Part shown: positions 31,253-41,928 of the stretch, piece by piece | Layout: the number at the start of each line of letters is the position of its first letter | How positions within the stretch are numbered: position 1 is the first letter of the stretch | Source: an uncultured Clostridium sp. | GTDB lineage: Bacteria > Bacillota > Clostridia > TANB77 > CAG-508 | DNA length: 64,000 nucleotides | Direction of reading: 5' to 3' | Assembly (NCBI GenBank): GCA_947567695.1 | Contig: CANONT010000003.1 | Span: 4,768-68,767 of the forward strand | Notes under the pieces: model-generated | Database searches by the model: none | What the model saw: only the letters and a program-made list of their open reading frames with translations | What the model was told of the DNA's origin: nothing | Position numbers and translations under genes: made by a program

Positions 31253-32446
31253 ATGAGTATTAGAGAAAGATTAAGTGGTAATGAAGCAACAGCTACAGCC
31301 ATGAAACAAATTAATCCAGACGTTGTTGCAGCCTTTCCCATTACCCCATCTACAGAAATTCCCCAATATTTTTCTACATTTGTAGCCAACGGAACGGTGG
31401 ATACCGAATTTGTTGCCGTAGAAAGTGAGCATAGTGCTATGTCTGCTTGTATTGGAGCAGAAGCAGCTGGAAGTAGAGCGATGACAGCCACTTCAGCTAA
31501 TGGTTTATCTTTAATGTGGGAAATGATTTACATCGCTTCTAGTTTACGATTACCAATTGTTTTATCTTTAGTGAATAGAGCGGTATCTGGTCCATTAAAC
31601 ATTCACTGTGACCATTCAGATGCTATGGGAGTACGTGATAGTGGTTGGATTATGCTATTTTCGGAAAACAATCAAGAAGCGTATGACAATACCTTAATGG
31701 CTCATAGAATTGCCGAACATAAAGATGTCATGTTACCATTAATGATATGTCAAGACGGTTTTATTACTTCACATGCCATTGAAAACATTGAATTAGTAGA
31801 AGATGATAAAGTAAAAGAATTTGTCGGAGAATACAAACCAGAACATTACTTATTAAATAAAGAAGAGCCAATTGCTGTTGGACCATTAGACTTACAAGCT
31901 TATTTATTTGAACATAAAACCCAACAAGCCATTGCTATGAAAAAGGCAAAACAAGTCATTTTAGACGTAGCTAAAGATTTTGAAAAAATGACAGGTAGAA
32001 GTTATGCACTATTTGAAGAATATCAATTAAAAGATGCCGAAATCGCTATTGTTTGTATGAACTCAACAGCAGGAACAACAAAATATGTAGTAGATCAATT
32101 AAGAGCAAAAGGAGTAAAAGCTGGGCTTCTAAAAATCCGTGTATTTAGACCATTCCCAGTAGACGAAGTAGCAAAAGCTTTATCGCATGTAAAAGCAATC
32201 GCAATTTTAGATAGAGCTGATTCTTTAAACGCTGCAGGTGGTGCTCTATTTGAAGATGTGACATCCGCTATGTATGTAAATAATGTACATGTACCAGCTG
32301 TAAACTATGTTTATGGTATTGGTGGAAGAGATACCAAAGCAGATGATATTGAATCTGTATACACCGATTTATTAGAAATTGTAAAAACAAATAAAATTGA
32401 CAATCCTTATCGTTACCTAGGATTAAGAAAGGAAGGTGACAAATAA
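31253..32446 (+). CDS. porA: 2-oxoacid:ferredoxin oxidoreductase, alpha subunit
   Basis: GNEATATAMKQINPDVVAAFPITPSTEI is the typical PorA N-terminus. Confidence 0.88.
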   Translation: MSIRERLSGNEATATAMKQINPDVVAAFPITPSTEIPQYFSTFVANGTVDTEFVAVESEHSAMSACIGAEAAGSRAMTATSANGLSLMWEMIYIASSLRLPIVLSLVNRAVSGPLNIHCDHSDAMGVRDSGWIMLFSENNQEAYDNTLMAHRIAEHKDVMLPLMICQDGFITSHAIENIELVEDDKVKEFVGEYKPEHYLLNKEEPIAVGPLDLQAYLFEHKTQQAIAMKKAKQVILDVAKDFEKMTGRSYALFEEYQLKDAEIAIVCMNSTAGTTKYVVDQLRAKGVKAGLLKIRVFRPFPVDEVAKALSHVKAIAILDRADSLNAAGGALFEDVTSAMYVNNVHVPAVNYVYGIGGRDTKADDIESVYTDLLEIVKTNKIDNPYRYLGLRKEGDK

Positions 32447-33396
32447 TGCCTTATAACTTAAAAGAAGTAGTTGCCAATAAACCTTCAAGATTTACAGCAG
32501 GACATAGAATGTGTGCTGGATGTGGTGCTCCGCCAGTAGCAAGACATATTATGAGAGCCTTAAAAGCAGGAGATCACGCTGTTGTCGCTGGTGCCACTGG
32601 ATGTATGGAAGTTTCCACCTTTATTTATCCCTTTACAGCTTGGACTGATTCCTTTATTCACACAGCATTTGAATGTGCTGGTGCTACACTAGCAGGAGCA
32701 GAAGCAGCTTATCAATCTATGAAAAGACAAGGAAAATTACCAGAAGGAGATACCAAATTCATTGCTTTTGGTGGAGATGGTGGAACCTATGATATCGGAT
32801 TACAAAGTTTATCAGGAGCTATGGAACGTGGACATGATATGGTTTATGTCTGTTATGACAATGGTGCATACATGAATACAGGTATTCAACGTTCTTCTGC
32901 TACTCCAAAATTTGCAGACACCACAACATCTCCTGCTGGAAAAGTCATACCAGGAAAAATGCAATCCAGAAAAGACTTAGCCAAAATTATGGTAGGACAT
33001 CATATTCCCTATGTTGCACAAACACTAGCTTACATGAATTTCAAAGATTTATATGAAAAGGCTGAAAAAGCCATTTATACAGAAGGACCTGCTTTCTTAA
33101 ATGTTATGGCACCATGCCCTAGAGGATGGGGTTATCCAACAGATCAATTAATGCCAATCAATAAATTGGCTGTTGAAACTTGTTACTGGCCTTTATACGA
33201 AGTAATCGATGGCAAATATAAAATCAATTATAAACCAGCCAAAAAACTACCAATCGAAGAGTTTCTTAAACCACAAAAAAGATTTAAACACATGTTTAAA
33301 CCTGGTAATGAATGGATGATCGAAGAATTCCAAAAAGAAGTTGACAATAGATGGCAAGAACTTTTAGATTTAGAAGAAATTACGAATAAAGAATAA
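32446..33396 (+). CDS. porB: 2-oxoacid:ferredoxin oxidoreductase, beta subunit (TPP-binding)
   Basis: GHRMCAGCG and GGDGGTYDIGLQSLSGA TPP motif. Confidence 0.88.
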   Translation: MPYNLKEVVANKPSRFTAGHRMCAGCGAPPVARHIMRALKAGDHAVVAGATGCMEVSTFIYPFTAWTDSFIHTAFECAGATLAGAEAAYQSMKRQGKLPEGDTKFIAFGGDGGTYDIGLQSLSGAMERGHDMVYVCYDNGAYMNTGIQRSSATPKFADTTTSPAGKVIPGKMQSRKDLAKIMVGHHIPYVAQTLAYMNFKDLYEKAEKAIYTEGPAFLNVMAPCPRGWGYPTDQLMPINKLAVETCYWPLYEVIDGKYKINYKPAKKLPIEEFLKPQKRFKHMFKPGNEWMIEEFQKEVDNRWQELLDLEEITNKE

Positions 33397-33400
33397 ACAG

Positions 33401-33440
33401 AAAAGTTGCATTTGGTTTTACCATATGCAACTTTTTTCTT
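33401..33440 (+). terminator. Bidirectional hairpin terminator between porB and the thiamine pyrophosphokinase gene
   Basis: AAAAGTTGCAT / ATGCAACTTTT stem followed by a T-run. Confidence 0.65.
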
Positions 33441-34088
33441 CAATCTTTACTCTCTATTACGATTAAAATTCCTTGCTTGAATTCGATCGTAGCCACTTCT
33501 TCTACTATTTCGTTACTTACACCTAAACTTAGTCCAATCGACAAACAAGCATTATTTAAAGGGTATTTAAAACCTTTTAATGTCAATCCTTCCACTGTAG
33601 TAGTTAATGGAATAAGTGAAATATATTTTCCATAAGTCTTATTTTTATATAAAGTCTTAGGATCTTTCACTAAATAGATGTTGTTATAGCAATCTAATAT
33701 TTGACATGGTATTCCTAGTTCCAATGTATCTTTAAGAATATGGATATTCGCTAACGCATGATCCATTCTTTTTCCAAGAGCCCCCATAATTGTAATGCTT
33801 GAACTATTCAGCTGAATCGCAAGTTTCAAAGCAATATCGGTATCTGTGTAATCCTTCTCTGGATGATAGGAATGAAAGATAACTTTTGGATTATTTTGAT
33901 AAAATTGCAATATTTCTAGGTTTACCGAATCAAAATCCCCTACTACATGATTCGGTATTATATTAAGTTCATATAAAACTTCTAAACCTTTATCAACAGC
34001 AATTAGATTTTGTCCGACTATGTTCTTTACTATATTTTGCTAATTCTTCTTTATGAATATCTCCACCTGCAATAATAAGTGTTTCCAT
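33440..34088 (-). CDS. thiN: Thiamine pyrophosphokinase; the frame is broken once, at in-frame CGG 34014..34016
   Basis: METLIIAGG start with an AAAGGAG RBS. After a +1 shift it reads GQNLIAVDKGLEVLYELNIIPNHVVGDFDS..., joining ORF 33440..33910 (TPK catalytic and B1-binding domains). Confidence 0.75.
34014..34016 (-). other. Frame-break site 3 (thiamine pyrophosphokinase): CAT AGT CGG A-CAA; resumes at GGA
   Basis: Two-frame translation across the site. Confidence 0.8.
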
Positions 34089-34135
34089 TTCTTCATTTTC
34101 TCCTTTTGAGACAAGAGGAACAGATCTATTTTGTC

Positions 34136-35215
34136 TCATTTTCTCTTTGTAGGTATTAAAAACAAAGCTCCTACAATAATTGGTAAATAAAAAGTATACA
34201 TTCTCCAAAATAAAATTGACATGTTGATGGTTCCATTTTGAAAAATAGAATTAAATAATAAATAAAATCCGCCTTCTGCTCCCAGACCTGAACCAGGTGT
34301 TGGAATAAATGTCATAATTAATAGCAAGAATGCTTGTGTTGGTATGATTTGTAAAAAGCTAATTCCATGATTTCCAAATGCTCTATATACCATATAAGTA
34401 ATCGAATAATATGCCATACTTTGTATGACTGCCACTAGGAACATCTTTATTACCATTGTTTTTTCTGATTTCATAATTATAAATTGTTTGCTAAAATTGT
34501 CTATACTTTCATTTAATTTTTCTATGGTTCTTTCTTCCTCTTTTATGATGTGTATTTTCCCTAATAACTTAACAATTGGATTCGTGATATATATAATCAT
34601 TTCCTTTTTTAGCCCCGCTAATATCATAACTATGATTGCTATAATATTAACAATAAATCCTATCATAGCAATCCATAAGTAATCTTGCATTAAGGTTTTG
34701 AAAAAGTCAAATTCTATCACAACAATTACTAATGTGGAAACTACTAAGGCTGTCTGTGTAATGATAAATTTTATTGCCATGGCTGATAAAGAATCACTTA
34801 CTCTCTTTCCTGTCTTGTTTAGTTCATATGCTTGCATTGGTTGCCCTCCACTTGAAAATGGAGTTATATTATTAAATAATTGTCCTATCATTGACACTTT
34901 AATTGAATTGACAAATTTTTGATCATGATACATTTTTTTGATTGGTATATGCAAGTTTAAACTCTCACAAAACCAATGGATCAGCAAACATCCTAACCCA
35001 GCTAATACCCATGTATAGTCTACACTGCTTAAAACATGAAGAATATTTTCCATACCATCTACTTTTATCATATAAATAAATAAACCTAAAAATATAATAA
35101 AAATCAAACTTAAATTTAGGATAGCTGATTTCTTACTGGCAGGTTTTTTTTCAAATGTCTGTATCTCTTTCTCACTCTCTTGATTATCTATATTATCTTT
35201 AAATTCTTCTTGCAC
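34136..35215 (-). CDS. Lysylphosphatidylglycerol-synthase-TM-region (UPF0104, flippase-like) membrane protein
   Basis: 359-aa polytopic protein with an MprF N-terminal-domain-like pattern (FNNITPFSSGGQPMQAYEL). Confidence 0.6.
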   Translation of the reverse strand: MQEEFKDNIDNQESEKEIQTFEKKPASKKSAILNLSLIFIIFLGLFIYMIKVDGMENILHVLSSVDYTWVLAGLGCLLIHWFCESLNLHIPIKKMYHDQKFVNSIKVSMIGQLFNNITPFSSGGQPMQAYELNKTGKRVSDSLSAMAIKFIITQTALVVSTLVIVVIEFDFFKTLMQDYLWIAMIGFIVNIIAIIVMILAGLKKEMIIYITNPIVKLLGKIHIIKEEERTIEKLNESIDNFSKQFIIMKSEKTMVIKMFLVAVIQSMAYYSITYMVYRAFGNHGISFLQIIPTQAFLLLIMTFIPTPGSGLGAEGGFYLLFNSIFQNGTINMSILFWRMYTFYLPIIVGALFLIPTKRK

Positions 35216-35361
35216 TCATCTCACCCCTAATTATCTTATCATCTAATTATATCTTTTATTCTAGTAAAAAAGCAATTGTTTTTTCTTAATTTTCTTATTT
35301 TTACAAAATAAAAGCCCTCCATGTTATTATCTAAACATTTTGGGTTTTGTTTTTTACTTGT

Positions 35362-35532
35362 TTATTCTTCAACTGGTGCCTCGACAGGGCAAACTCCCTG
35401 ACAAGTACCACAACTGATACAAGCTGATTCATCAATTACAAACTTATCATCACCTTGTGATATACACTGTACTGGACACTCTGCTGCACAAGCCCCACAA
35501 GAAATACATTTATCCGTAATTTTATATGCCAT
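35362..35532 (-). CDS. 2x[4Fe-4S] clostridial ferredoxin (56 aa), not in the ORF track
   Basis: MAYKITDKCISCGACAAECPVQCI...DESACISCGTCQGVCPVEAP. Confidence 0.85.
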   Translation of the reverse strand: MAYKITDKCISCGACAAECPVQCISQGDDKFVIDESACISCGTCQGVCPVEAPVEE

Positions 35533-35545
35533 AATTTTTCACCTC

Positions 35546-36451
35546 CTAATCCCTTTTATCTTGTTCTTCTAATTTTTCTAACTCTTCTAATTCTTTTTTA
35601 TGTTCTAATTCCTCTTGATCTATTTGTTCTGCAACCGCATCTTTAATTACTTTTATATCTTTCACATCATATCTTTTGTATAAATAACCATCTTCATTAT
35701 CTTTTATCTTAACTCTCACTCGTTCTTTTAATGTTTCAATTGCCTCTACTTCCCCTTCGCCATCTTCTGTTGCCACAATCGCTCCAATATTAGGGATTTT
35801 CTCTAACTTTTCCTCATAAACATTGCTTTCATATTTTAAGCAACACATCAATCTTCCACAATTCCCTGATATTTTTGACGGATTTAATGACATATTTTGT
35901 TCCTTTGCCATTTTGATCGAAACGGTTTCAAAATCACTTAAAAACGAACAACAGCAAAGCTCTCTACCGCAAATCCCATTTCCGCCAATTCTTTTTACTT
36001 CGTCTCTAACCCCTATTTGCCTTAATTCAATACGAGTCTTATAAATCGCTGCTAAATCTTTTACTAACTCTCTAAAATCAATTCTTCCATCAGCTGTAAA
36101 ATAGAATAAAATTTTACTATTATCAAATTTATATTCCACATCTGTTAAAGTCATGTCTAATTTATGTTCTTTTATCTTCTTCAAACAGACCTTAAAAGTT
36201 TCCTTTTCCTTCCTTCTGCACTCTTCATAATGTTTGTGATCTCTATAATTAGCAATTCTGATTACTTTTTTTAAAGGTAATACGATCTTATCATCTTCTA
36301 CCCAACGATTTGGTATCATAACTTCTCCATATTCTTCTCCCTGTGCTGTTTCTACAATAACTTTATCACCTTTTCTTACTCTTAGCTTTTTGGGATTAAA
36401 GAAATATATTTTTCCCAACTTTTTAAATCTAACTCCTATTATATTTTTCAA
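35546..36451 (-). CDS. yaaT: PSP1-domain protein YaaT/RicT (stage 0 sporulation)
   Basis: VGVRFKKLGKIYFF ..., a Cys-rich centre (CGRELCCCSF, CGRLMCCLKYE), and a position next to holB. Confidence 0.8.
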   Translation of the reverse strand: MKNIIGVRFKKLGKIYFFNPKKLRVRKGDKVIVETAQGEEYGEVMIPNRWVEDDKIVLPLKKVIRIANYRDHKHYEECRRKEKETFKVCLKKIKEHKLDMTLTDVEYKFDNSKILFYFTADGRIDFRELVKDLAAIYKTRIELRQIGVRDEVKRIGGNGICGRELCCCSFLSDFETVSIKMAKEQNMSLNPSKISGNCGRLMCCLKYESNVYEEKLEKIPNIGAIVATEDGEGEVEAIETLKERVRVKIKDNEDGYLYKRYDVKDIKVIKDAVAEQIDQEELEHKKELEELEKLEEQDKRD

Positions 36452-36458
36452 CTATCCT

Positions 36459-37349
36459 TCATCCTTTCTGTATGTCCCATATATGAAACACAAGCTCATC
36501 TATACACATATCATAATTACCATTTTGTTGCAACCTTTTTTTCGTATTTTCCACAATATTGATACAATTTGTGTATAAATAATTATCTTTTGCCTTATTC
36601 AACAACAATATATTGATATATTCTAATATTTCAAAAATCTCATCTTTTGCTTTATACAATGGTTCTGCTAATTGCACAATTTCCAGTAAATCCTTTTTCT
36701 CTAAGCTATCTATCATATTCTCTATCTTATCATATTCTAACTGCTTATCTTTTAATTGAATTGCCTTTCCAATACTTCCTTGAAATATCGATAAATAATT
36801 TTTTGTAATATGACTCATACCATAATTTGCTTCCATATATTGCTTTATTAACTCATCTGCAATCGGTTGAAATTTAAGTATCATGCACCTAGATTTTATA
36901 GTTACTAAAAACGCATTTTCATTACTTCCTACTAAAATAATAGTTGCAAATTCAGGAGGTTCTTCTAATGTTTTTAATAAACAATTTTGAGCTTCTGATG
37001 TCATAACATCTGCATCGTTTACGATATATACCTTTTGGTTTGAAATAATTGGTTTTTCTTGTATCTTTTTTTGTAAAAAACGAATTTGTTCAATCTTGAT
37101 ACTATTTCCCTCTGGTTCGATACACATAAAATCGGGATGATTGTTACTTTCAAATTCAATACAAGATTTACAAGTATTATTGTGTTCTTTTCCAATACAT
37201 AAGATGTTTTTAGCAAACTCCCTAGCTAACAATTTTTTTCCAATTCCTGGTGTCCCAACAAATAAATAGCTATGTGATAAAGTTTCATTTTGAATAGATT
37301 TTGTTAGCATTTGTTTGATTGCATCATTTCCAATTATTTTTTCAAACAT
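36459..37349 (-). CDS. holB: DNA polymerase III delta-prime subunit
   Basis: SHSYLFVGTPGIGKK P-loop-like segment, a C..C zinc module, and NCLLKTLEEPP. Confidence 0.8.
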   Translation of the reverse strand: MFEKIIGNDAIKQMLTKSIQNETLSHSYLFVGTPGIGKKLLAREFAKNILCIGKEHNNTCKSCIEFESNNHPDFMCIEPEGNSIKIEQIRFLQKKIQEKPIISNQKVYIVNDADVMTSEAQNCLLKTLEEPPEFATIILVGSNENAFLVTIKSRCMILKFQPIADELIKQYMEANYGMSHITKNYLSIFQGSIGKAIQLKDKQLEYDKIENMIDSLEKKDLLEIVQLAEPLYKAKDEIFEILEYINILLLNKAKDNYLYTNCINIVENTKKRLQQNGNYDMCIDELVFHIWDIQKG

Positions 37350-37377
37350 CCTTTTCCCTCTTCATTTTACATAATTT

Positions 37378-38010
37378 TTATTGAACTTTTCCCCATTTAT
37401 TCAATGGCCAAATTCTAATTGCAACTGTACTTTCAATTTCTTCTAATGGAATACAACCAAATGATCTGCAATCTGTACTGTGATTTCTATTATCACCCAT
37501 AGCAAAAATACAATTTTCAGGAACGATAAAATCATCAAATCCTGATTCTGATACATCTGTTATAACTCCATCTTGTAAATATGGTTCTTCTAACACCTTT
37601 TCATTGATATATACTTTACCTTCTTTTATTTCTACATGCTCACCTGGCAAAGCAATTGCTCTTTTGATATAGCTCCTCTTTCCTACTTCTAAAAAGTTAT
37701 TCACAAACCATTGAAAGGCATTTTTTTGACGATATTTTGCGATGGGATTGTTTTGGTCGATTTCAGAAGATGAATAAGTTATTTTAGCTGGCTCTTCAAA
37801 AGTAATAATTTCACCCCTTTTGGGTAATGTTTTTGTCGTTCTTCCCCAGCGATTTAACCATAATCTTTCATCTTGTATTAAAGTTGGGTACATCGATACT
37901 TGTTTTACAATGGTTGGTGTCCCTATAAAATAGCGAAATAGCATCGCTAATACCAAAGCAATTACAATACAATAAACCCATTCTAAGATATCTTTTGTTT
38001 TTTCACTCAA
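37378..38010 (-). CDS. lepB: Signal peptidase I
   Basis: SMYPTL (catalytic Ser), KRAIALPGE (Lys) and GDNRNHSTDCR boxes; TTG start with an AAAGGAG RBS. Confidence 0.85.
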   Translation of the reverse strand: MSEKTKDILEWVYCIVIALVLAMLFRYFIGTPTIVKQVSMYPTLIQDERLWLNRWGRTTKTLPKRGEIITFEEPAKITYSSSEIDQNNPIAKYRQKNAFQWFVNNFLEVGKRSYIKRAIALPGEHVEIKEGKVYINEKVLEEPYLQDGVITDVSESGFDDFIVPENCIFAMGDNRNHSTDCRSFGCIPLEEIESTVAIRIWPLNKWGKVQ

Positions 38011-38094
38011 TGCAATCTCTCCTTTTTTAATCTTCTATTATTATACCTTAATCTTTATAATTTTTCAATGACAAAAACAGATTAAGTTTAGATT

Positions 38095-39523
38095 TTACTG
38101 TTTGGTTGGAATTCTTACTACTACCTCTGTACCTTGACCAACTACACTCTTAATGTCAATACTGCCTCCATTTTTATCTAAAATCTCCTTGGCAATTGAA
38201 AGTCCGAAGCCCTGTACCGCCCATTTCTCTAGTACGAGCCTTGTCCACTCGATAAAACCTCTCAAAAATTCGGTTTAAATCATCTTCTGGAATTCCTATA
38301 CCATTATCAAAAACTTTAATATAAGCATCATTGTATACAAAACCTACATATATTTTAATTTCTCCACCATCTTTTGTATATTTTATACTATTTGTTAAAA
38401 TATTTAATACCACTCTTTCCATATCATACTTATCTGCATAAACTGGTGGAACATCAGCTGTTACAAAGGAATTAACTTTATGATTTTTCTTTTTAATTTC
38501 AATCGCCAATTTGTCTTGGCATTTCTTCACTAAATCTCCTAAATCAAAAGCTTCTTTTTGTATAATCTTATTATTATTATCATAACGTGATAAAGTTAAT
38601 AAATCAGTTACCAATTTTGCCATTCTTCTTGCTTCAGAAGCAATCACATTTAAAAACTTATCCTGCATTTCTTTTTCGTATTCGCCCTCTAATAGCGTAT
38701 CTGCATATCCCATAATAGAAGTAATTGGTGTTTTTAGCTCATGCGAAACATCGGCTACAAACTCTTTTTGCATAGTATCTAATCTTACATGTTCTGTAAT
38801 ATCTTGTATTACTGCTATAACGCCATCAGGTCGATCCGTTTCATTTTTAAAAGGGGCAAAAAATACATTCATATATTTATCTTCTACTTGAATTCTTTGC
38901 TCTGTTGATGTCCAATTCTCTAAATAAATTATTTTTTCCATATTAATATCTAATTGGAACTTTTTAAAAATATCTTCAAAAGTATTATCCTCTGGACGAA
39001 TACTTAAAAATTTCTTAGCAGCTGGATTAATTAGAATGATTTCCCCTTCCATATTAAAAGCTATAATGCCATCTGTCATATGAAGCAAAATCGTTTCAAT
39101 TTGATTTTTCTGTGTCGATACTTCACTTAGCTTTTCCTCTAATTCAAGAGTCATAACCCCTAAGACATTTTCTAAATCTTGTGGTTCATTTCTCTTTCTA
39201 TTTTTTGAAACTCTCTTTCCATTTTTATCTTCTTCTACAATTTTTTCAGCACTCTTAATTAATTTATTAATCGGATAAATAATATACCTAGATAAAAATA
39301 CAGCAGATAAGATATGAATCATCGCTAATAGAATACCAGTTATTACTAATACTTCTATGGTTTGATTTCGTATTTCTTGTATCGAAACAATTTGTCCCAT
39401 CTGTACTTGTTGGCTTAACCCATTTAGTATGTTTAAGAAAAAGATTCCTAAACCACTCATTATAATAAGAGTTATTATAAAAGATACTAGTATAATTTTG
39501 TTAAACTGTATATTTTTATGCAT
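38095..39523 (-). CDS. Orphan PAS-HisKA-HATPase sensor histidine kinase; the frame is broken once, at in-frame CGG 38204..38206
   Basis: H-box FVADVSHELKTPITSI. After a +1 shift the G2 box reads GGTGLGLSIAKEILDKNGGSIDIKSVVGQGTEVVVRIPTKQ-stop (38095-38097). Confidence 0.85.
38204..38206 (-). other. Frame-break site 4 (histidine kinase): GGG CTT CGG A-CTT; resumes at GGA
   Basis: The GxGLGL ATP-lid motif is restored only by a +1 shift. Confidence 0.85.
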
Positions 39524-39545
39524 TTTCTTCCTTCCCTTTTACCAT

Positions 39546-40667
39546 TTATTTTTGGATAATCAATTTTTGGATCTCTTGATAAATCTTATCTTCTACTTGG
39601 TTCGTAGAAATTTTTAAAGCATTTTCTCCCATTTGAAGCATTTGGGATTTATCTAATATAACTTCTTCTATTACTTGATGTAATCTTTCTCCTGTTAGTT
39701 CTTCGTTTAAAATAATCTTAGCAGCTCCTATATTTTCTAAAACTTTTGCATTATACAACTGGTGATTATGACTAACATTAGGAAGTGGCACTAAAATAGA
39801 AGGTTTTCCTAAATTAGAAATTTCGGTTACTGTCATAGCACCAGCTCTTCCAATCATAACATCAGCAATATTCATCATCTCTTGCATATTGTAAATATAG
39901 GGTACAATTTTCATATTATCTATGTGGTTGATATACATATTGCAATTTTCTAAATGTTCTTTTACAATATCAAATTGTTTTGGTCCAGTTGCCCATATCA
40001 TTTGATAATTTTTATTAAGTTTATTTTTGATGATAGCAACAATCGCTTCATTAATTTTTTGTGCGCCTTGACTTCCTCCAGACACCAAAATAATTGGCTT
40101 CGTTTCCTTTAAGCCTAATCCTTTCAAAATTTTATTTTTCTCATTGATTCCATATTCTTGTTTCTTTATTTTTACAGGTGTACCAGTATGTATAACATTT
40201 TTCGCATTTTTAATTCTTGGTATAGCATCTTTAAAAGACACTAAAATCGTATCTGTCTTTTTTGCCAATATCTTTACTGCTTTTCCGGGGAAGCTATTAC
40301 TTTCATGTAACATAGTTGGAATATGCAAACTGTGAGCTGATGAAATAACAGCACCACAAATATACCCACCTGTTCCGATTACGATATCTGGTTTAAACTC
40401 TTTTATCATTTTTTTAGCTTCTGCAAATCCTTTTAAAGTTTTTATCATCTTTTTTATATTTTCAATCGAAATCTTTTTACTTAATCCATAAGCATCAATC
40501 GTTTTTAACTCATATCCAGCCCTTGGAACTAAATCATTTTCTAGTCCCCTAGTTGTTCCAATAAAAATAATCTTAGAATCTTTTTCCTCTTGCTTGATTT
40601 TATTAGCAATAGCTATTCCGGGATTAATGTGACCAGCTGTTCCAGCAGCTGCAATAATTACTCTCAT
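39546..40667 (-). CDS. murG: UDP-N-acetylglucosamine--N-acetylmuramyl-(pentapeptide) pyrophosphoryl-undecaprenol GlcNAc transferase
   Basis: MRVIIAAAGTAGHINPGIAIA start with an AAAAGGAG RBS. The ORF-track TTG at 40685 is an upstream extension. Confidence 0.9.
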   Translation of the reverse strand: MRVIIAAAGTAGHINPGIAIANKIKQEEKDSKIIFIGTTRGLENDLVPRAGYELKTIDAYGLSKKISIENIKKMIKTLKGFAEAKKMIKEFKPDIVIGTGGYICGAVISSAHSLHIPTMLHESNSFPGKAVKILAKKTDTILVSFKDAIPRIKNAKNVIHTGTPVKIKKQEYGINEKNKILKGLGLKETKPIILVSGGSQGAQKINEAIVAIIKNKLNKNYQMIWATGPKQFDIVKEHLENCNMYINHIDNMKIVPYIYNMQEMMNIADVMIGRAGAMTVTEISNLGKPSILVPLPNVSHNHQLYNAKVLENIGAAKIILNEELTGERLHQVIEEVILDKSQMLQMGENALKISTNQVEDKIYQEIQKLIIQK

Positions 40668-40684
40668 TTCAAACTCCTTTTTCA

Positions 40685-40768
40685 ATGATTTTAGGGACGG
40701 AGGAAAAAATCATGGTCTGTTAGACATATGAAATACATCATGATTTTTTCCTCCGTCCCCAAAATCAT
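40685..40768. repeat. 30-bp-arm hairpin filling the ftsW-murG intergenic space
   Basis: ATGATTTTAGGGACGGAGGAAAAAATCATG and its reverse complement (1 mismatch) are separated by 24 nt. Confidence 0.75.
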
Positions 40769-41900
40769 GATTTTGCACTTGCCCTCGATATATTCAGCAA
40801 TACTCCCATTTCACACAGTAATATGAATAATGCTGTTCCTCCGATAACTGAAAAATGGTAATGGCATTCCTGTTGCTGGCATAGATGAGGTGACAACTGC
40901 TACATTAATAATAACTTGTATCGCTACCAGTGCTGTAATCCCAACTGCTACTAAGCTTCCAAACATGTCTGGTGCTCTCATGGCAATTAGAATTCCTCTC
41001 CATATAAAAATAGCAAATAAAATTAAAACAGCAACCGAACCTATAAATCCTAATTCTTCTCCTAAAATCGAGAAAATGAAATCATTGTGTGGCTCTGGTA
41101 TGTATAGAAATTTTTGCTTACTTTCTCCTAGTCCTGCTCCAAATAATCCTCCGAGAGCCAATTGCATATAAACTTTGGATTACTTGCCAGCCATCTCCTG
41201 TTGCATCTTTCCAAGGATCCAAGAAGGTAACTACTCTTTGTAATCTATATGGTTCTAATAAAATTAAACCTACTATTGCAGGAATTCCAACTACACTTCC
41301 CGTAGCTAAAAATTGCCAGAATTTACATCCTGCTGTAATCATCATAATAGAACAAATTCCTATGATAACAATTGAACTACTAAAGTGTGGTTCTAATAGC
41401 AAAAGCCCTATAATTGGTGCTACTAAACATATATGTTTAATAAATCCTTTTGTATACGAGCCCAATTCATCTCTGTTTTTCATTAAAATTCCTGCATAGA
41501 ATAGGATCATTAAAAATTTTACTACTTCAGATGGTTGAATGGATAAGGTTTCTGTTACATAAATCCATCTTTTTGCCCCATTTATTTCTCTCCCTACTAC
41601 TAATACTAAGGCTAACAAAATAAGGGCAATCCACCAAGCATGTTTATAAAACTTTTGATAAAATCGATAGTCAATTTTAGAGATAAATAACATAGCCAAA
41701 ATCCCTAAAATAGCAAATATTAATTGTTTTGAAAAATAGGAATAGCTATCTCCACTTTCTGCTAAAGCAGAAGGAGAACTAGCTGATAACAACATAATTA
41801 AACCGATTGAAAGCAATAACAATATGGTAATTAATAAAGTAAAATCAATCGGATTATTTAAAAAACTGGAGAAACTCTTTTCTTTTCTTCTTTTCGCCAT
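40765..41900 (-). CDS. ftsW: FtsW/RodA/SpoVE-family peptidoglycan polymerase; the frame is broken twice (CGG 41151..41153 and 40841..40843)
   Basis: Three ORF pieces join into a full-length SEDS protein: ...[35 protein letters not shown]...MPLPFFSY-G-GTALFILLCEMGVLLNISRASAKS-stop. Confidence 0.85.
40841..40843 (-). other. Frame-break site 5 (ftsW, distal): AGT TAT CGG A-GGA; resumes at GGA
   Basis: The conserved SEDS PFFSYGG motif is restored only by a +1 shift. Confidence 0.85.
41151..41153 (-). other. Frame-break site 6 (ftsW, proximal): GGC TCT CGG A-GGA; resumes at GGA
   Basis: The conserved GSGGLFG motif is restored only by a +1 shift. Confidence 0.85.
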
Positions 41901-41928
41901 TAAAACTCTTCTCCTTTCTACGCATAAC

